Source of the DNA: an uncultured Chloroflexia bacterium
Lineage (GTDB): Bacteria > Chloroflexota > Limnocylindria > Limnocylindrales > CSP1-4
Reading direction: 5' to 3'
Assembly (NCBI GenBank): GCA_963819655.1
Contig: CAWFXA010000001.1
Span: 512,001-576,000, forward strand
Length of the DNA stretch: 64,000 nt
The translations under genes and the position numbers were made by a program. The notes below the pieces were generated by a model. It was not told the origin of the DNA and searched no databases. It worked only from the letters and a program-made list of their open reading frames with translations. This document shows positions 32,034 through 41,900 of the stretch, one piece after another; position 1 is the first letter of the stretch, and every line of letters begins with the position of its first letter.

Positions 32034-32609
32034 ATGCCCGAGCAGGTCGTCACCGCCACACTCGACGGGGACGGCGCGCCGTTCCGTGTCGCGGCGACCG
32101 ACCTCGGGATCGCCGCGGCAGCCTGGGAGTCGGACGAGGCCGCCTTTGCCGGCGCGTTACGATCGCGCCTCGGCGTCCCGGTCGTCCCGCTGGCCGAGGC
32201 CCGCCCTGACGATCCGGCCGCCACGGTCCTGCGCGCCGCGATCCCGACCATCGAACGCCTGCTACGCGGCCTCCCGACGGACGGCGCTGACGTCGCGGTC
32301 GACCTTGGCGATCGGCCGTCCTTCGACCGGCGTGTGCTCGACGCGGTCCGCGATGTCGGCTGGGGCCGGACGGCGAGCTACGGCGATATCGCCAAGCGGG
32401 TCGGAGCGCCACGGGCGGCGCGAGCGGTCGGCGGCGCCCTCGGGCGCAACCCGATCTCGCTGGTCATCCCGTGCCACCGGATCATCGCTGGCGACGGGAC
32501 GCTCGGCGGATATGGCGGGACGGGCTGGGTGGATCGCGACAAGCAGCTGTCGCGCAAGGAGGCCCTGCTGCTGCGCGAAGGCGTCACAGTCCCCAGGCGC
32601 CGCGGCTAG
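32034..32609 (+). CDS. ogt: methylated-DNA-protein-cysteine methyltransferase
   Basis: SYGDIA...[21 protein letters not shown] motif. Confidence 0.9.
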   Translation: MPEQVVTATLDGDGAPFRVAATDLGIAAAAWESDEAAFAGALRSRLGVPVVPLAEARPDDPAATVLRAAIPTIERLLRGLPTDGADVAVDLGDRPSFDRRVLDAVRDVGWGRTASYGDIAKRVGAPRAARAVGGALGRNPISLVIPCHRIIAGDGTLGGYGGTGWVDRDKQLSRKEALLLREGVTVPRRRG

Positions 32610-32678
32610 ACTCCGGCCCACCGGCGCCTCGTCACGGGCCGGGCCGGGGTCCACAACCGCGAGGGATCGGGTGCCGCT

Positions 32679-34526
32679 GTGGCGCCCCTGGAGGTCGCAT
32701 TGACGGCAGCGTCCGTACCCGCCCCATCGATGTTCGCCGTCTTCCGCAAGCGCGACTTCTCGCTGCTCTGGCTCGCCCAGCTGATCTCCACCGCGGGCTC
32801 GGCGCTCACCGACCTCGCCGCGGCGATCTTCGTGTTCCGTGTGACCGGCTCGGCTCTGGCGGTCGGCCTGACGTTGATGGTCACAGCCATCCCGAGCCTC
32901 ATCGTGGGCCTGCTCGCCGGTGTCTTCGTCGACCGCCACGATCGCAAGCGCATCCTCGTCTGGACGTGCCTGATCCAGGCCGTCATCGTCGGGTCCATCG
33001 CGCTCGTGCTGAACGTGGACTCGATCGCGATCGTCGGGCTGTATGCACTGCTCCTGCTCAACGCCGGCGTCAGACAGTTCTTCGACCCGGCGCACGACAG
33101 CCTGATCCCGGAGATCGCGAGCGACGAGGAGCTCGCAGCCGCCAACTCGTTCCTGTCGATCGCCTCCTTCGGCTCGACGGCGATCGGGTTTGCCGGCGCC
33201 GGCCTGCTGGCCAGTGTCGACCTGCGGATCGCCTTCGTCATCGATGCGCTGTCCTTCGTCATCTGCGCGTTGCTGATATCGCGGATGGGCCGCTACAAGA
33301 TGCCGGTACCGGAAGACGAGGCGAGCGTCAGTGTCATCGTCGCGAACCTCAAGTCCGGCCTGAGCACCCTGTTCGGCACGGAAGTGCTGCGCTCGCTGTT
33401 CTTCGTCGGCGCCCTGATGTTCTTCTCGTTCGGGCTCTGGAACGTCCTCCTGCTGCCGATGTCACTGCGCGAGCTCAACGCGACGGAGTTCGAGTACGGA
33501 CTGCAGGAGGGCCTGACATCGGTCGGGTTCGTGCTCGGCTCGTTCTTCATGGCGCGCTTCTCGAGCCGCCTGCCCGAGTCGATCTGGGTGGTCGTTGGCC
33601 TCACCGGCATGGGCGTCTGCGGGCTTGCCTACGCCTCCGCGACGTCGATCCCGGTCGCGATCGTCCTCGTGATGATCTCGGGATTCTTCAACTCGCCGGC
33701 GTCGGTCGCCCGGTCCGTCCTGCTCCAGCGGAACACGCCGCGCGACATGCGCGGCAGGGTGTTCTCGGCGTACTACGTCATGCGCGATGTGATCTTCCTG
33801 TTCGGGATGGCCGGGGCCGGTCTCGCCGACATCATCAACGTCCGGGTGATGATCGCGTTCGCCTCGGTCCTGCTGTTCGGGTCGGCGCTCTATGCGTTGT
33901 TCGCGCCAGGCCTGGGCATCCGATCGCTCCGCGCCGCGCGGGCGCGACTCGAGGAGGCGGCCGAGCCGGCGCCCACCGCGATCCCCACGCGACTCGCGAC
34001 GATGGCCGACTTCGATCGGCTGCTGACCAACCTCACGACGTTCGCCCGGCTCGACCAGGCGCAGCGCGAGGCGTTCATCCGCGGCGCGACGGTGCGCACG
34101 GTCCCGGCCGCCACGCGGATCGTCGAGCACGGCCACAGCGCGTCGTCCGTGTACTTCGTCCTGGAGGGCTCGGCCACCGCCGGCATCCCGGTCGACGGCG
34201 ACTATCGCGGACTCTCGACGATGCACGCCGGCGACTTCTTCGGCGAGATCGCCGCGCTGACCGGAAGCCCCCGGACCGCCGACGTCGTGGCCGACACCGA
34301 GACGACCCTCCTCGAGGTGCCGGCGGACGCGCTGCGCGCGGTGATGACCGTGCCCGAGATCCGGCGGTTGGTGTTCTCGACCCTCACATCGCGGTTGACG
34401 CGCACCGAGGCCGCCGACCTGCCGCGCCTCGCCGGCCCCGATCAGGAAGCGCTGCGCGACCTGCGCACACCGCGCCCGATCGTGGAGGCCGTCCCCCGCT
34501 CGTCCACCGGCGAGTCGGGCGCGTGA
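32679..34526 (+). CDS. MFS transporter with C-terminal cNMP-binding domain
   Basis: GVFVDRHDRK (motif A-like), about 12 TM segments, and GDFFGEIAALTGSPRTADV. Confidence 0.88.
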   Translation: MAPLEVALTAASVPAPSMFAVFRKRDFSLLWLAQLISTAGSALTDLAAAIFVFRVTGSALAVGLTLMVTAIPSLIVGLLAGVFVDRHDRKRILVWTCLIQAVIVGSIALVLNVDSIAIVGLYALLLLNAGVRQFFDPAHDSLIPEIASDEELAAANSFLSIASFGSTAIGFAGAGLLASVDLRIAFVIDALSFVICALLISRMGRYKMPVPEDEASVSVIVANLKSGLSTLFGTEVLRSLFFVGALMFFSFGLWNVLLLPMSLRELNATEFEYGLQEGLTSVGFVLGSFFMARFSSRLPESIWVVVGLTGMGVCGLAYASATSIPVAIVLVMISGFFNSPASVARSVLLQRNTPRDMRGRVFSAYYVMRDVIFLFGMAGAGLADIINVRVMIAFASVLLFGSALYALFAPGLGIRSLRAARARLEEAAEPAPTAIPTRLATMADFDRLLTNLTTFARLDQAQREAFIRGATVRTVPAATRIVEHGHSASSVYFVLEGSATAGIPVDGDYRGLSTMHAGDFFGEIAALTGSPRTADVVADTETTLLEVPADALRAVMTVPEIRRLVFSTLTSRLTRTEAADLPRLAGPDQEALRDLRTPRPIVEAVPRSSTGESGA

Positions 34527-34638
34527 CGATGTCTCGCAGGCGACACCTCCCTGGTCGGCTGCGGCCTAGGAGTACAGCCACACGGGGCGTATGGTTGGCG
34601 GTAGCGCATCAACCGTCAGATCAGAAGGGATCGGTTCG

Positions 34639-34833
34639 ATGAAGAAGTACAAGCTCCCGAAGGACGCGTCGGTCGAACCGGAGAAGGAAGACCCGAACGA
34701 GGGGTTCATCGACGAAGGGGACGTCGTGGGCCACGGGCTGCCGATCACGGCGCCACCGAGCCTCGGACAGCAGGGACCCGGTCATGGCGGCGAGCTGACG
34801 CCGACCGACAAGGATGAGGACACGACCGACTGA
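34639..34833 (+). CDS. 64-aa acidic peptide with DVVGHG motif
   Basis: GAAGGGA SD, upstream -10-like TATGGT, GC3-rich codons, and a hairpin terminator downstream. Confidence 0.7.
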   Translation: MKKYKLPKDASVEPEKEDPNEGFIDEGDVVGHGLPITAPPSLGQQGPGHGGELTPTDKDEDTTD

Positions 34834-34856
34834 TCCGACGCGCCCCGTCACAACAC

Positions 34857-34883
34857 CAACCGCCCGGCACCGCCGGGCGGTTG
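34857..34883. terminator. hairpin between the convergent peptide and S8 genes
   Basis: CAACCGCCCGGC-acc-GCCGGGCGGTTG, a 12-bp stem. Confidence 0.65.
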
Positions 34884-34887
34884 CGAT

Positions 34888-35706
34888 TCAGGCGGGGACC
34901 GTGGCCGTCGCTGCCAGGAGCGCCTTGATCTCGAAGGGCGACGCTGACGGATAGCGCGACCGCAACCGGGCGGCCTGCCCTGCCAGGTGCGGCGCGGCGA
35001 ACGAGTTGCCCGTCGCGCGGATGCGGCCGCCGCCGCGCCACGCGACATCGACGTCGACTCCGTACGCTCCGAACTCCACCGGGGGTGATGGGTTGTAGAA
35101 CCACGTCCCCGGGTCGGCGACGTCGTGGGCCGCCACGGACACGACCGACGCGAACAGCGACGGATACGACGGGCCCGGCACGTTGTTCGCGGCGCACACG
35201 AGCAGCGAGTTCGCGAAGTACGAGCGGTCGGCAAGCGCGTGGAACGCACTGAACATGGCCTCGCTGCGCGATGAGAGGCTGAGATTCACGACGGCGACGC
35301 CCGCACCGATCGTCCACTCGACAGCTGCCGCGAGGGCTCGCCCCTTGCCGCGGTTGTCCGCACCGAGCATGCGGATCGACACGAGGCTCGCTCCTGGGGC
35401 GATGCCCGCCACGATGCCCGCGCATGCGGTCCCGTGCCCGACGATGTCGAGGGCCTCCGGATCGTCGACAACGACGGCGTCGTCTCCGTCGACGTCGACG
35501 CGCAGGTGACGGACGACCCGCCCCCGCACGGCGGGATGATCGCCGTCGACGCCCGAATCGATGATGGCGACGGTCACGCCCTGCCCATCCGCGTCGCCGA
35601 ACACGTCCTGGCGATCCAGGCGGCCGAAAGGTGGGTCACGTCGCGCGAGCCCGTCGCGTGCTCCGGCCGCAAATGCCTCGCTCCACGCGGGCAGTGAGAT
35701 CGTCAC
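34888..35706 (-). CDS. compact cytoplasmic S8 (subtilisin) serine peptidase
   Basis: Triad VAIIDSG / DIVGHGTACAG / TGNSFAAPH; no signal peptide; GTG start overlaps the GAF gene stop (GTGA). Confidence 0.88.
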   Translation of the reverse strand: MTISLPAWSEAFAAGARDGLARRDPPFGRLDRQDVFGDADGQGVTVAIIDSGVDGDHPAVRGRVVRHLRVDVDGDDAVVVDDPEALDIVGHGTACAGIVAGIAPGASLVSIRMLGADNRGKGRALAAAVEWTIGAGVAVVNLSLSSRSEAMFSAFHALADRSYFANSLLVCAANNVPGPSYPSLFASVVSVAAHDVADPGTWFYNPSPPVEFGAYGVDVDVAWRGGGRIRATGNSFAAPHLAGQAARLRSRYPSASPFEIKALLAATATVPA

Positions 35707-36509
35707 GACCGTCCCGATCGGCGTCCGCGCCCGCCGTCGGCGCGATCGCCGTGGCGGATGAGCGCATCCAGCCAGTCGATCGCGAGGCGCTTCGCGTCCG
35801 CATCGACATCGCCGAGGCGGGCGATGCGGTCTGCGATCGCCCACATCGGATCGTCGTCGGCGGGGAGCCCGATCGTGACTCGGGCGACGAGGGCATCGAT
35901 CGCAGCAGGGTCCGTCGGCTCGCCGTTCGACTCGGGCGGCTCACTGAGCAGGTCCGATAGCGCCCGGGCCAGGATGGAACCGGCGTCGTGGCGCAAACGC
36001 CCGTCGCGAACCGCGAGCGTCGCCATGCCCGCCATCGCCGTCGCGATGTCGAGGTCCCGCAGCGAGAATGTGCCGCCATCCTTGTCGAGCGCCTCGAGCA
36101 CGCCGACCGTCCCCGTCTCATCGCTCAGTGGCACGGCCAGCAGCGTCGATGGGACATGACCGGTCGCCTCCGCGACCGAGCGTTCGAACCGCGGATCCGC
36201 CGCGACATCGGCGACCGCCAGGGGCTGCCCGGTCGTGAAGACGTAGCCGGCGATACCCATCTCCGGCTCGATGGCCATCCCCACGATGCCGCCGGCGGCC
36301 GGGCCCGACGCGGCGCGGAACACCAGTCGGTCGGTCGCCGCGTCGTAGAGCGCGATCGAGGCCGCCTGGGCCTCGAGTGCTGTCACCGCAGCCATGGCGA
36401 CCGCCGTCAGCAGCTCGTCATCGTGTCGTGGGGCGAGGCGGTCGGCTGCCGCGACCCGGCGGCCCACCGCCGCGAGGACAGCCTCCACGGAGTCGCCCTC
36501 CCGGCTCAT
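35703..36509 (-). CDS. GAF domain protein
   Basis: ASIALYD..RLVFRAASG, GIAGYVFTTGQP and LLAVPL...VGVLEALDK; second half of track ORF 35703..37268. Confidence 0.8.
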   Translation of the reverse strand: MSREGDSVEAVLAAVGRRVAAADRLAPRHDDELLTAVAMAAVTALEAQAASIALYDAATDRLVFRAASGPAAGGIVGMAIEPEMGIAGYVFTTGQPLAVADVAADPRFERSVAEATGHVPSTLLAVPLSDETGTVGVLEALDKDGGTFSLRDLDIATAMAGMATLAVRDGRLRHDAGSILARALSDLLSEPPESNGEPTDPAAIDALVARVTIGLPADDDPMWAIADRIARLGDVDADAKRLAIDWLDALIRHGDRADGGRGRRSGRS

Positions 36510-37235
36510 CGTCGTGTGGCGAGCGGCGAGCCGGCCCGCGTCCGGGATGACCAGCTGGTCCCCGTCGAAGCGGACGAGGCCTTCCGCCACCAGATCCGCC
36601 AGCAATCTGTTCACCGATTGACGAGACCCGCCGATCATCCCGGCGAGCTCCGCTTGCGTGTACGGCCACGACAGACGATGCTCGCCGGTCAGGGTGTCGG
36701 CTTCGGCCGGATCGCGGCCGTCCCCGATCGCCAGGGTCCGCAGGAGGTGGCGAGCGAGGCGCCCGGGAAGGTCGAGGAAGTGGAGATCCTCGACCTGCGC
36801 TGTGAGTCGCCGGATCTCGCCGGCCAGCGTGACCAGGAGAGCTCGGCGCAGGGCAGGCTCGCTGTCGACCAGGGCGTCGAACGCGTCCCGCCGCAGCACA
36901 TGCGTCTCGGTCGGGTCCAGCGCGACCGCTGTCGCCGACCGTGGCGCGCCATCGAGCAGCGACAGCTCGCCGAAGAAGCCGCCCGTGCTGATCGTGGTCA
37001 GGATGGCCGGCTCGGACCCCTCATCCGACGGGATCGTGATCTTGACCGAGCCGTCCGCGACGATGAACAGGGCGTCACCCGGGTCGCCCGCGTGGAAGAT
37101 CGTCTCGCCTCGACGGAAGCGCCGCGGGCGAAGGGCGGCCGCTATGAGGTCCAGCGACGTCTCGTCGACACCCGCGAATAGCCGGCAGCCGCGCAGGGTC
37201 TCGCGCATGGGAACTGGACCCGAGGGCGCGACCAT
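36506..37235 (-). CDS. Crp/Fnr family regulator (appears fused to the GAF gene, probably by a 1-nt insertion)
   Basis: GFFGELSLLDGAPRSATA cNMP site and TQAELAGMIGGSRQSVNRLL HTH. An ATGA overlap at 36506-36509 is out of frame by one base. Confidence 0.82.
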
Positions 37236-37373
37236 GCACCCATCGTACGCGGCGCGTATCGTCACCAACCGGTCCGATAGTGGTGCGTTCGCGCACCAGA
37301 TAGGTGGTACGTCGGCTGGATGACACAGGCTCTGGGCAGTACGAAGGTACTATCACGGGACAAGACGACCGAT

Positions 37374-37413
37374 TCGCATCAGATCTCGACCGGTCGCATC
37401 AGATCTCGACCGG
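37374..37413 (+). repeat. exact 20-bp tandem direct repeat in the 5' region of the secreted-protein gene
   Basis: TCGCATCAGATCTCGACCGG x2. Confidence 0.85.
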
Positions 37414-37429
37414 GGCTCGGAGGGGAACC

Positions 37430-38845
37430 ATGTTCTTGACAGCGCGACGGCGTTCGCGACCCATCGGTACCGCGTCGGCGGCACTCCTATCGGCGCTGGC
37501 ACTCGTTGCTGCGCTCGGTGTCCCGGCGACCGCGACAACGACGGCCACCAAGCCGTATTCCGCGACGTGGGTCGTGAGCGGCAGCCCGGTCGCGAATCCA
37601 CCCAACACCATCGCGCTCGCGGGTGGCGCCACGTCGGCCGTCCTAAGGATCACCAATCATGCGAGCCCACAGTCCCTCGGCTCGGCCAACATCACACCCC
37701 CGACTGGGTACACCCTGATCGGTGGGTCGCTCAGCCCCGCCGGCGGGAGCGCCACGAAGGCTGGCAACACGCTCCAGCTGCGCAACCTGGCTCTGGCTCC
37801 ATCCGCGTCCGTCAATGTCACGATCAATGTCCGGACCCCGTGCGCCGGCGGGGCCGCGGCAACGTGGACCCTCGTGGTCAAGCAGGCGAACAACTTCAGC
37901 GGTCCTCCCGGCAACGATTTCGCCCGGGCGCCGGGCACGGTTGCCCCGTCGACCACGGTGTCGGCGTCCGCCTGCCTCCTGCGCTTCGCAAACCAGCCGA
38001 AGACGACCGAGACCGGGGCACCGATCCGGGCCGGTTATGACAGCTCGGGCGACCCGGTCACGGTCGAGATCTACGATCCCGGCACCGGCCTGGTCGTCGA
38101 CTCGGACGCCGCCGTCACGCTGACGCTGGACCGCAACCCCGCGGGTGGCACATTGACGGGTGGCGTCGTCAACGCGGTCGACGGGGTCGCCACGTTCCCC
38201 GCCTTGTCGGTGAACACGCCTGGCCCATACACCCTGAAGGCCAGCAGTCCGGCCGCCTCGAACACGCCCATCTCGGACCTGTTCATGGTCTCCGACACCG
38301 TCACCGAATGCGAGGGCACCGGCTGCAGCTTCATGCAGGAGGGTGGCCCCCACACGTACACGACGACGCCGCAGAATGGCACGACGGGCGCGGATTACGC
38401 CACGTCACTGAACCTGCCTGGGCTGCGGATCTCGTGCGACTTCGGGCCGTTCGACTATCCGGATTCGCGGCAGCCCAACGCGGTCTGGTACATCTACGAC
38501 GATGGGAACGCCAGGTCCGAGAAGACCAACGTGATCGTCATCGACAAGGACTGGGTCCAGATCACGCCTGAGAACGGCACGTCCAAGTACCGGGTCTGCT
38601 ACACGTCTCCCGAGCGATTCACCGACCGCACAGGCAACCCGGCTCAGCCGGACCCAGGAGCATGGAACACGAGCGCGCCAGAAACGATCGGTCCGAGCGA
38701 GTACTTCGGAACGACCTGGTACACGGGCCTCCTCCCCGACTGCGGCAAGAAGCCGGTGGCGCCGTGCGTCCTGAGTTGGACCGGTACTGGCGGCGACCGC
38801 ATCGGGACGTTCCTGACCCCGGCGGGCGATCCGGGCTTCCGGTAA
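37430..38845 (+). CDS. secreted Thr/Gly/Pro-rich beta-sandwich (Ig-like) protein
   Basis: GGAGGGG SD; RRR plus hydrophobic signal peptide; several Cys residues; GVATFPALSVNTPGPYTLKAS Ig-like segment. Confidence 0.7.
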   Translation: MFLTARRRSRPIGTASAALLSALALVAALGVPATATTTATKPYSATWVVSGSPVANPPNTIALAGGATSAVLRITNHASPQSLGSANITPPTGYTLIGGSLSPAGGSATKAGNTLQLRNLALAPSASVNVTINVRTPCAGGAAATWTLVVKQANNFSGPPGNDFARAPGTVAPSTTVSASACLLRFANQPKTTETGAPIRAGYDSSGDPVTVEIYDPGTGLVVDSDAAVTLTLDRNPAGGTLTGGVVNAVDGVATFPALSVNTPGPYTLKASSPAASNTPISDLFMVSDTVTECEGTGCSFMQEGGPHTYTTTPQNGTTGADYATSLNLPGLRISCDFGPFDYPDSRQPNAVWYIYDDGNARSEKTNVIVIDKDWVQITPENGTSKYRVCYTSPERFTDRTGNPAQPDPGAWNTSAPETIGPSEYFGTTWYTGLLPDCGKKPVAPCVLSWTGTGGDRIGTFLTPAGDPGFR

Positions 38846-38852
38846 CCGCATC

Positions 38853-38881
38853 GGGCCCCGGGCGATCCGTCCCCGGGGCCC
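38853..38881 (+). terminator. GC-rich hairpin after the secreted-protein gene
   Basis: GGGCCCCGG...CCGGGGCCC stem; no U tract. Confidence 0.4.
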
Positions 38882-38922
38882 ACCCAGACGCTCGGCCCTC
38901 GCCTCGGTCCTAGACTGGGCGA

Positions 38923-41900
38923 ATGACAACCGAGATCCGACGCTTCGCGACGGTCGTCAACTCGGACCTCAAGGGTTCGACGGCCCTCGGGGAGATGCTG
39001 GATCCCGAGTCGCTCCGCGAGCTGCTGACCCGCTACTTCGACGAGATGCGGTTCGTGTACGAGTCGCACGGCGGCACCATCGAGAAGATCATCGGCGACG
39101 CCGTCGTGGCCGTCTTCGGCATGACCACGCCGCGCCCTGACGACGCCGTGCGCGCGGTGGAGGCGGCAGCCGAGAGCGTGGCGGTGCTCAACCGACTCAA
39201 CGACGAGTTCGAGCGGACGTGGGGCGTGCGGCTGATCGCGCGCACCGGGGTGAGCAGCGGGGACGTCGTCGTCGGCGAGGCGACCGCCGGTCAGCACGTG
39301 CTGACCGGCGACGCGATGACGATCGCCACCGCCATGGAGCAGAACGCGCCGCCGCTCGAGGTGCTGATCGCCGAGCCGACCTACGCCCTGGTGCGGGACG
39401 TCGTCGACGTCGAGCCCGCGCCCCCGGTCACCCCCAAAGGCATGGACATGTCGATCGGGGCATATCGGCTCATCTCTGTGCGTCGCGAAGGCGGCGAGCG
39501 TGACGCGTCGACCCCGGAAGCTGCGGCCGTCGGACGACGCGGATCACGCGAAAGCCGGAAGACGGTCACGCTCGTATTCGCCGACCCGCGCCCGATGTCG
39601 ATCACCGGTGAACCGATATCGCCTGAGGCGCTGCGGGAGGTGATGACCAGCTATTTCGACGCGATGCGCGCCGCGCTCGCTCGGCACGGGGCTACGATCG
39701 AAAAGTTCATCGGCGACGCCGTGATGGCCGTCTACGGGCTGCCGATCCGGCACGAGGACGACGCGATCCGCGCCGTGCGCGCCGCCGCCGAGATGCAGGC
39801 CGCGCTGCCCAACCTCAACGAGACGTTCCGCGATCGTTGGGGCGTCGAGTTGCACAATCACATCGGGGTCAACACCGGGGAAGTGATCGCCGGGGACGCC
39901 TCCACCGGCCAGCGGCTCGTGACCGGCGATGCCGTCAACACAGCAGCGCGGCTGGAACAGGCGGCCGGTCCGGGCGAGATCGTTCTCGGCGAACTGACGT
40001 ACCGCCTCGCCCGTGACGAGATCCAGGTCGAGGCCATCGCGCCGCTCACGCTCAAGGGCAAGGCCGAACCGGTCAGGGCCTACCGGCTCGTCGGTATCGG
40101 CGCCGGACCGACGGCTCGCGAAAGCACGTCTGCGCCGTTCGTGGGACGCGAGGCCGAGATGAGCCGGCTCACGTCGGCCCTCCTCGGGGTCACGACACAG
40201 GGGCGGCCCGAGCTGTTGACCGTCGTTGGCGATGCCGGCGTGGGCAAGTCGCGCCTCATCAGGGAGTTCGCTGCGACCGCGGGCCGCCACGCGCGGATCG
40301 TGCGCGGCCGATGCCTCCCGTACGGCGACGGCATCACGTTCTGGCCGCTGGCGGAGATCGTCCGCGACGCCGCGGGAGTGGTGGCCGACGACGCGCTCGA
40401 AGAAGCGTTCAGGAAAGTCCGCGACCTCGTGGACAGCGAGGGGATCGACCCCGCCGAACGGGCGGCGGTCGCCGAACGCGTCGCGGCGGCGATCGGTCTC
40501 GCGCAGACACAGTTCCCGGTGGCCGAGCTGTTCTGGGGCGCCCGCAAGCTCCTGGAGTCGCTGGCACGCGAACGGCCCCTGGTCATGATCGTCGATGACA
40601 TCCATGCCGCTGAGCCGACCCTGCTCGACCTGCTAGACCACATCGTGGAGCTGGCCGAGGACGCACCGATCCTCCTGCTGTGTTCCGCCCGCCACGAGCT
40701 CGTTGAGCGCCACGCCGCATGGTCCGAGGCACACGCCGATCAGCTGATCGTGCTCGCGCCGCTGTCGGACGACGACACAGGTCGCATGATCGACGAGATC
40801 CTCGGGCGCGCCGGCCTGGAGTCGGCCGTCATCGAACGAATCGTCGCGGCCGCCGAGGGCAACCCCCTGTTCGTCGAGCAGATGGTGTCGATGCTCGTCG
40901 ACAACGGCACGCTCCGGCGCGACGGTGCACGATGGACCGTCACGGGATCGGCCAACGATGTCGTCGTCCCACCGACCATCCACGCCCTCCTCGCTGCGCG
41001 CCTCGACGACCTCGGCGAGGACGAGCGCGCGGTCGTCGAACCGGCGTCGGTGGTGGGGCTCGTGTTCGCCGAGGCCGCCGTGGAGCACCTGATCGAGGCG
41101 GCCCGCCGCGCGACGGTGTCGCGCGATCTCGGCAGCCTGGCCCGCAAGCAGTTCGTGCGACCCGACCTGCTCGACGAGGAAGAGGCATATCGCTTCGGTC
41201 ATCAGCTCATCCGCGACACCGCCTATGGCAGCCTGCTGAAGCGCGAGCGTGTCGACCTCCATGAGCGGTTCGTCGAATGGGCGGACCGGATGAACCGGCA
41301 ACGCGGCCGCGAGACGGAGTTCGAGGAGATCCTCGGCTATCACCTGGAGCAGGCGTACCGCTACCGGACGGACCTCGGCCCGCTCGACGAGCATGGCGTC
41401 GCCCTCGGCACACGCGCCTCGCAGCGTCTCGCATCCGCCGGGCGGCGAGCCCTCGCCCGTGGCGACTTCCCCGCCGCGGCGAATCTCATAGAGCGGGCCG
41501 CCCGTGTCCTCGCCGAGGAAGACCCCGATCGGGCCAGGCTCCTCGTGTCGGCAGGCGAGGCGTTCATGGAGATCGGCGAGTTCGGCACGGCCGACGCGGT
41601 CCTCGTCCAGGCGACGGCCGAGGCCGACGCCCTCGGGGCGCGCCCCGTGTCGATCACGGCCGACCTGGTCCGCCTGCAACTGCACCTCCGGTCCGAATCG
41701 ACGACCTCGATCGACGACGTGATGCAGCAGACGCTCGACGGGATCCGCGACCTCGAGGGCTCCGACGATGCGAATGCCCTGGCACGGGCATGGCGCCTGC
41801 TGACGCTGGCGTACGGCGTCTCGGGCCGCTACGGCGAGGCCGGTGATGCGAACGAGAAGGCGATCGACTACGCGCGACGTGCGGGCGATCGAGTCATCGA

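Noticed and set aside
35703-37268. Novel Crp-GAF fusion protein (521-aa track ORF)
   Set aside because: An ATGA start/stop overlap sits exactly at the domain junction, one base out of frame. With indels common here, two coupled genes are more likely.
34520-37430. Canonical CRP site (TGTGA-N6-TCACA) in the cNMP module
   Set aside because: I found no convincing match with the correct spacing by eye in the intergenic regions.
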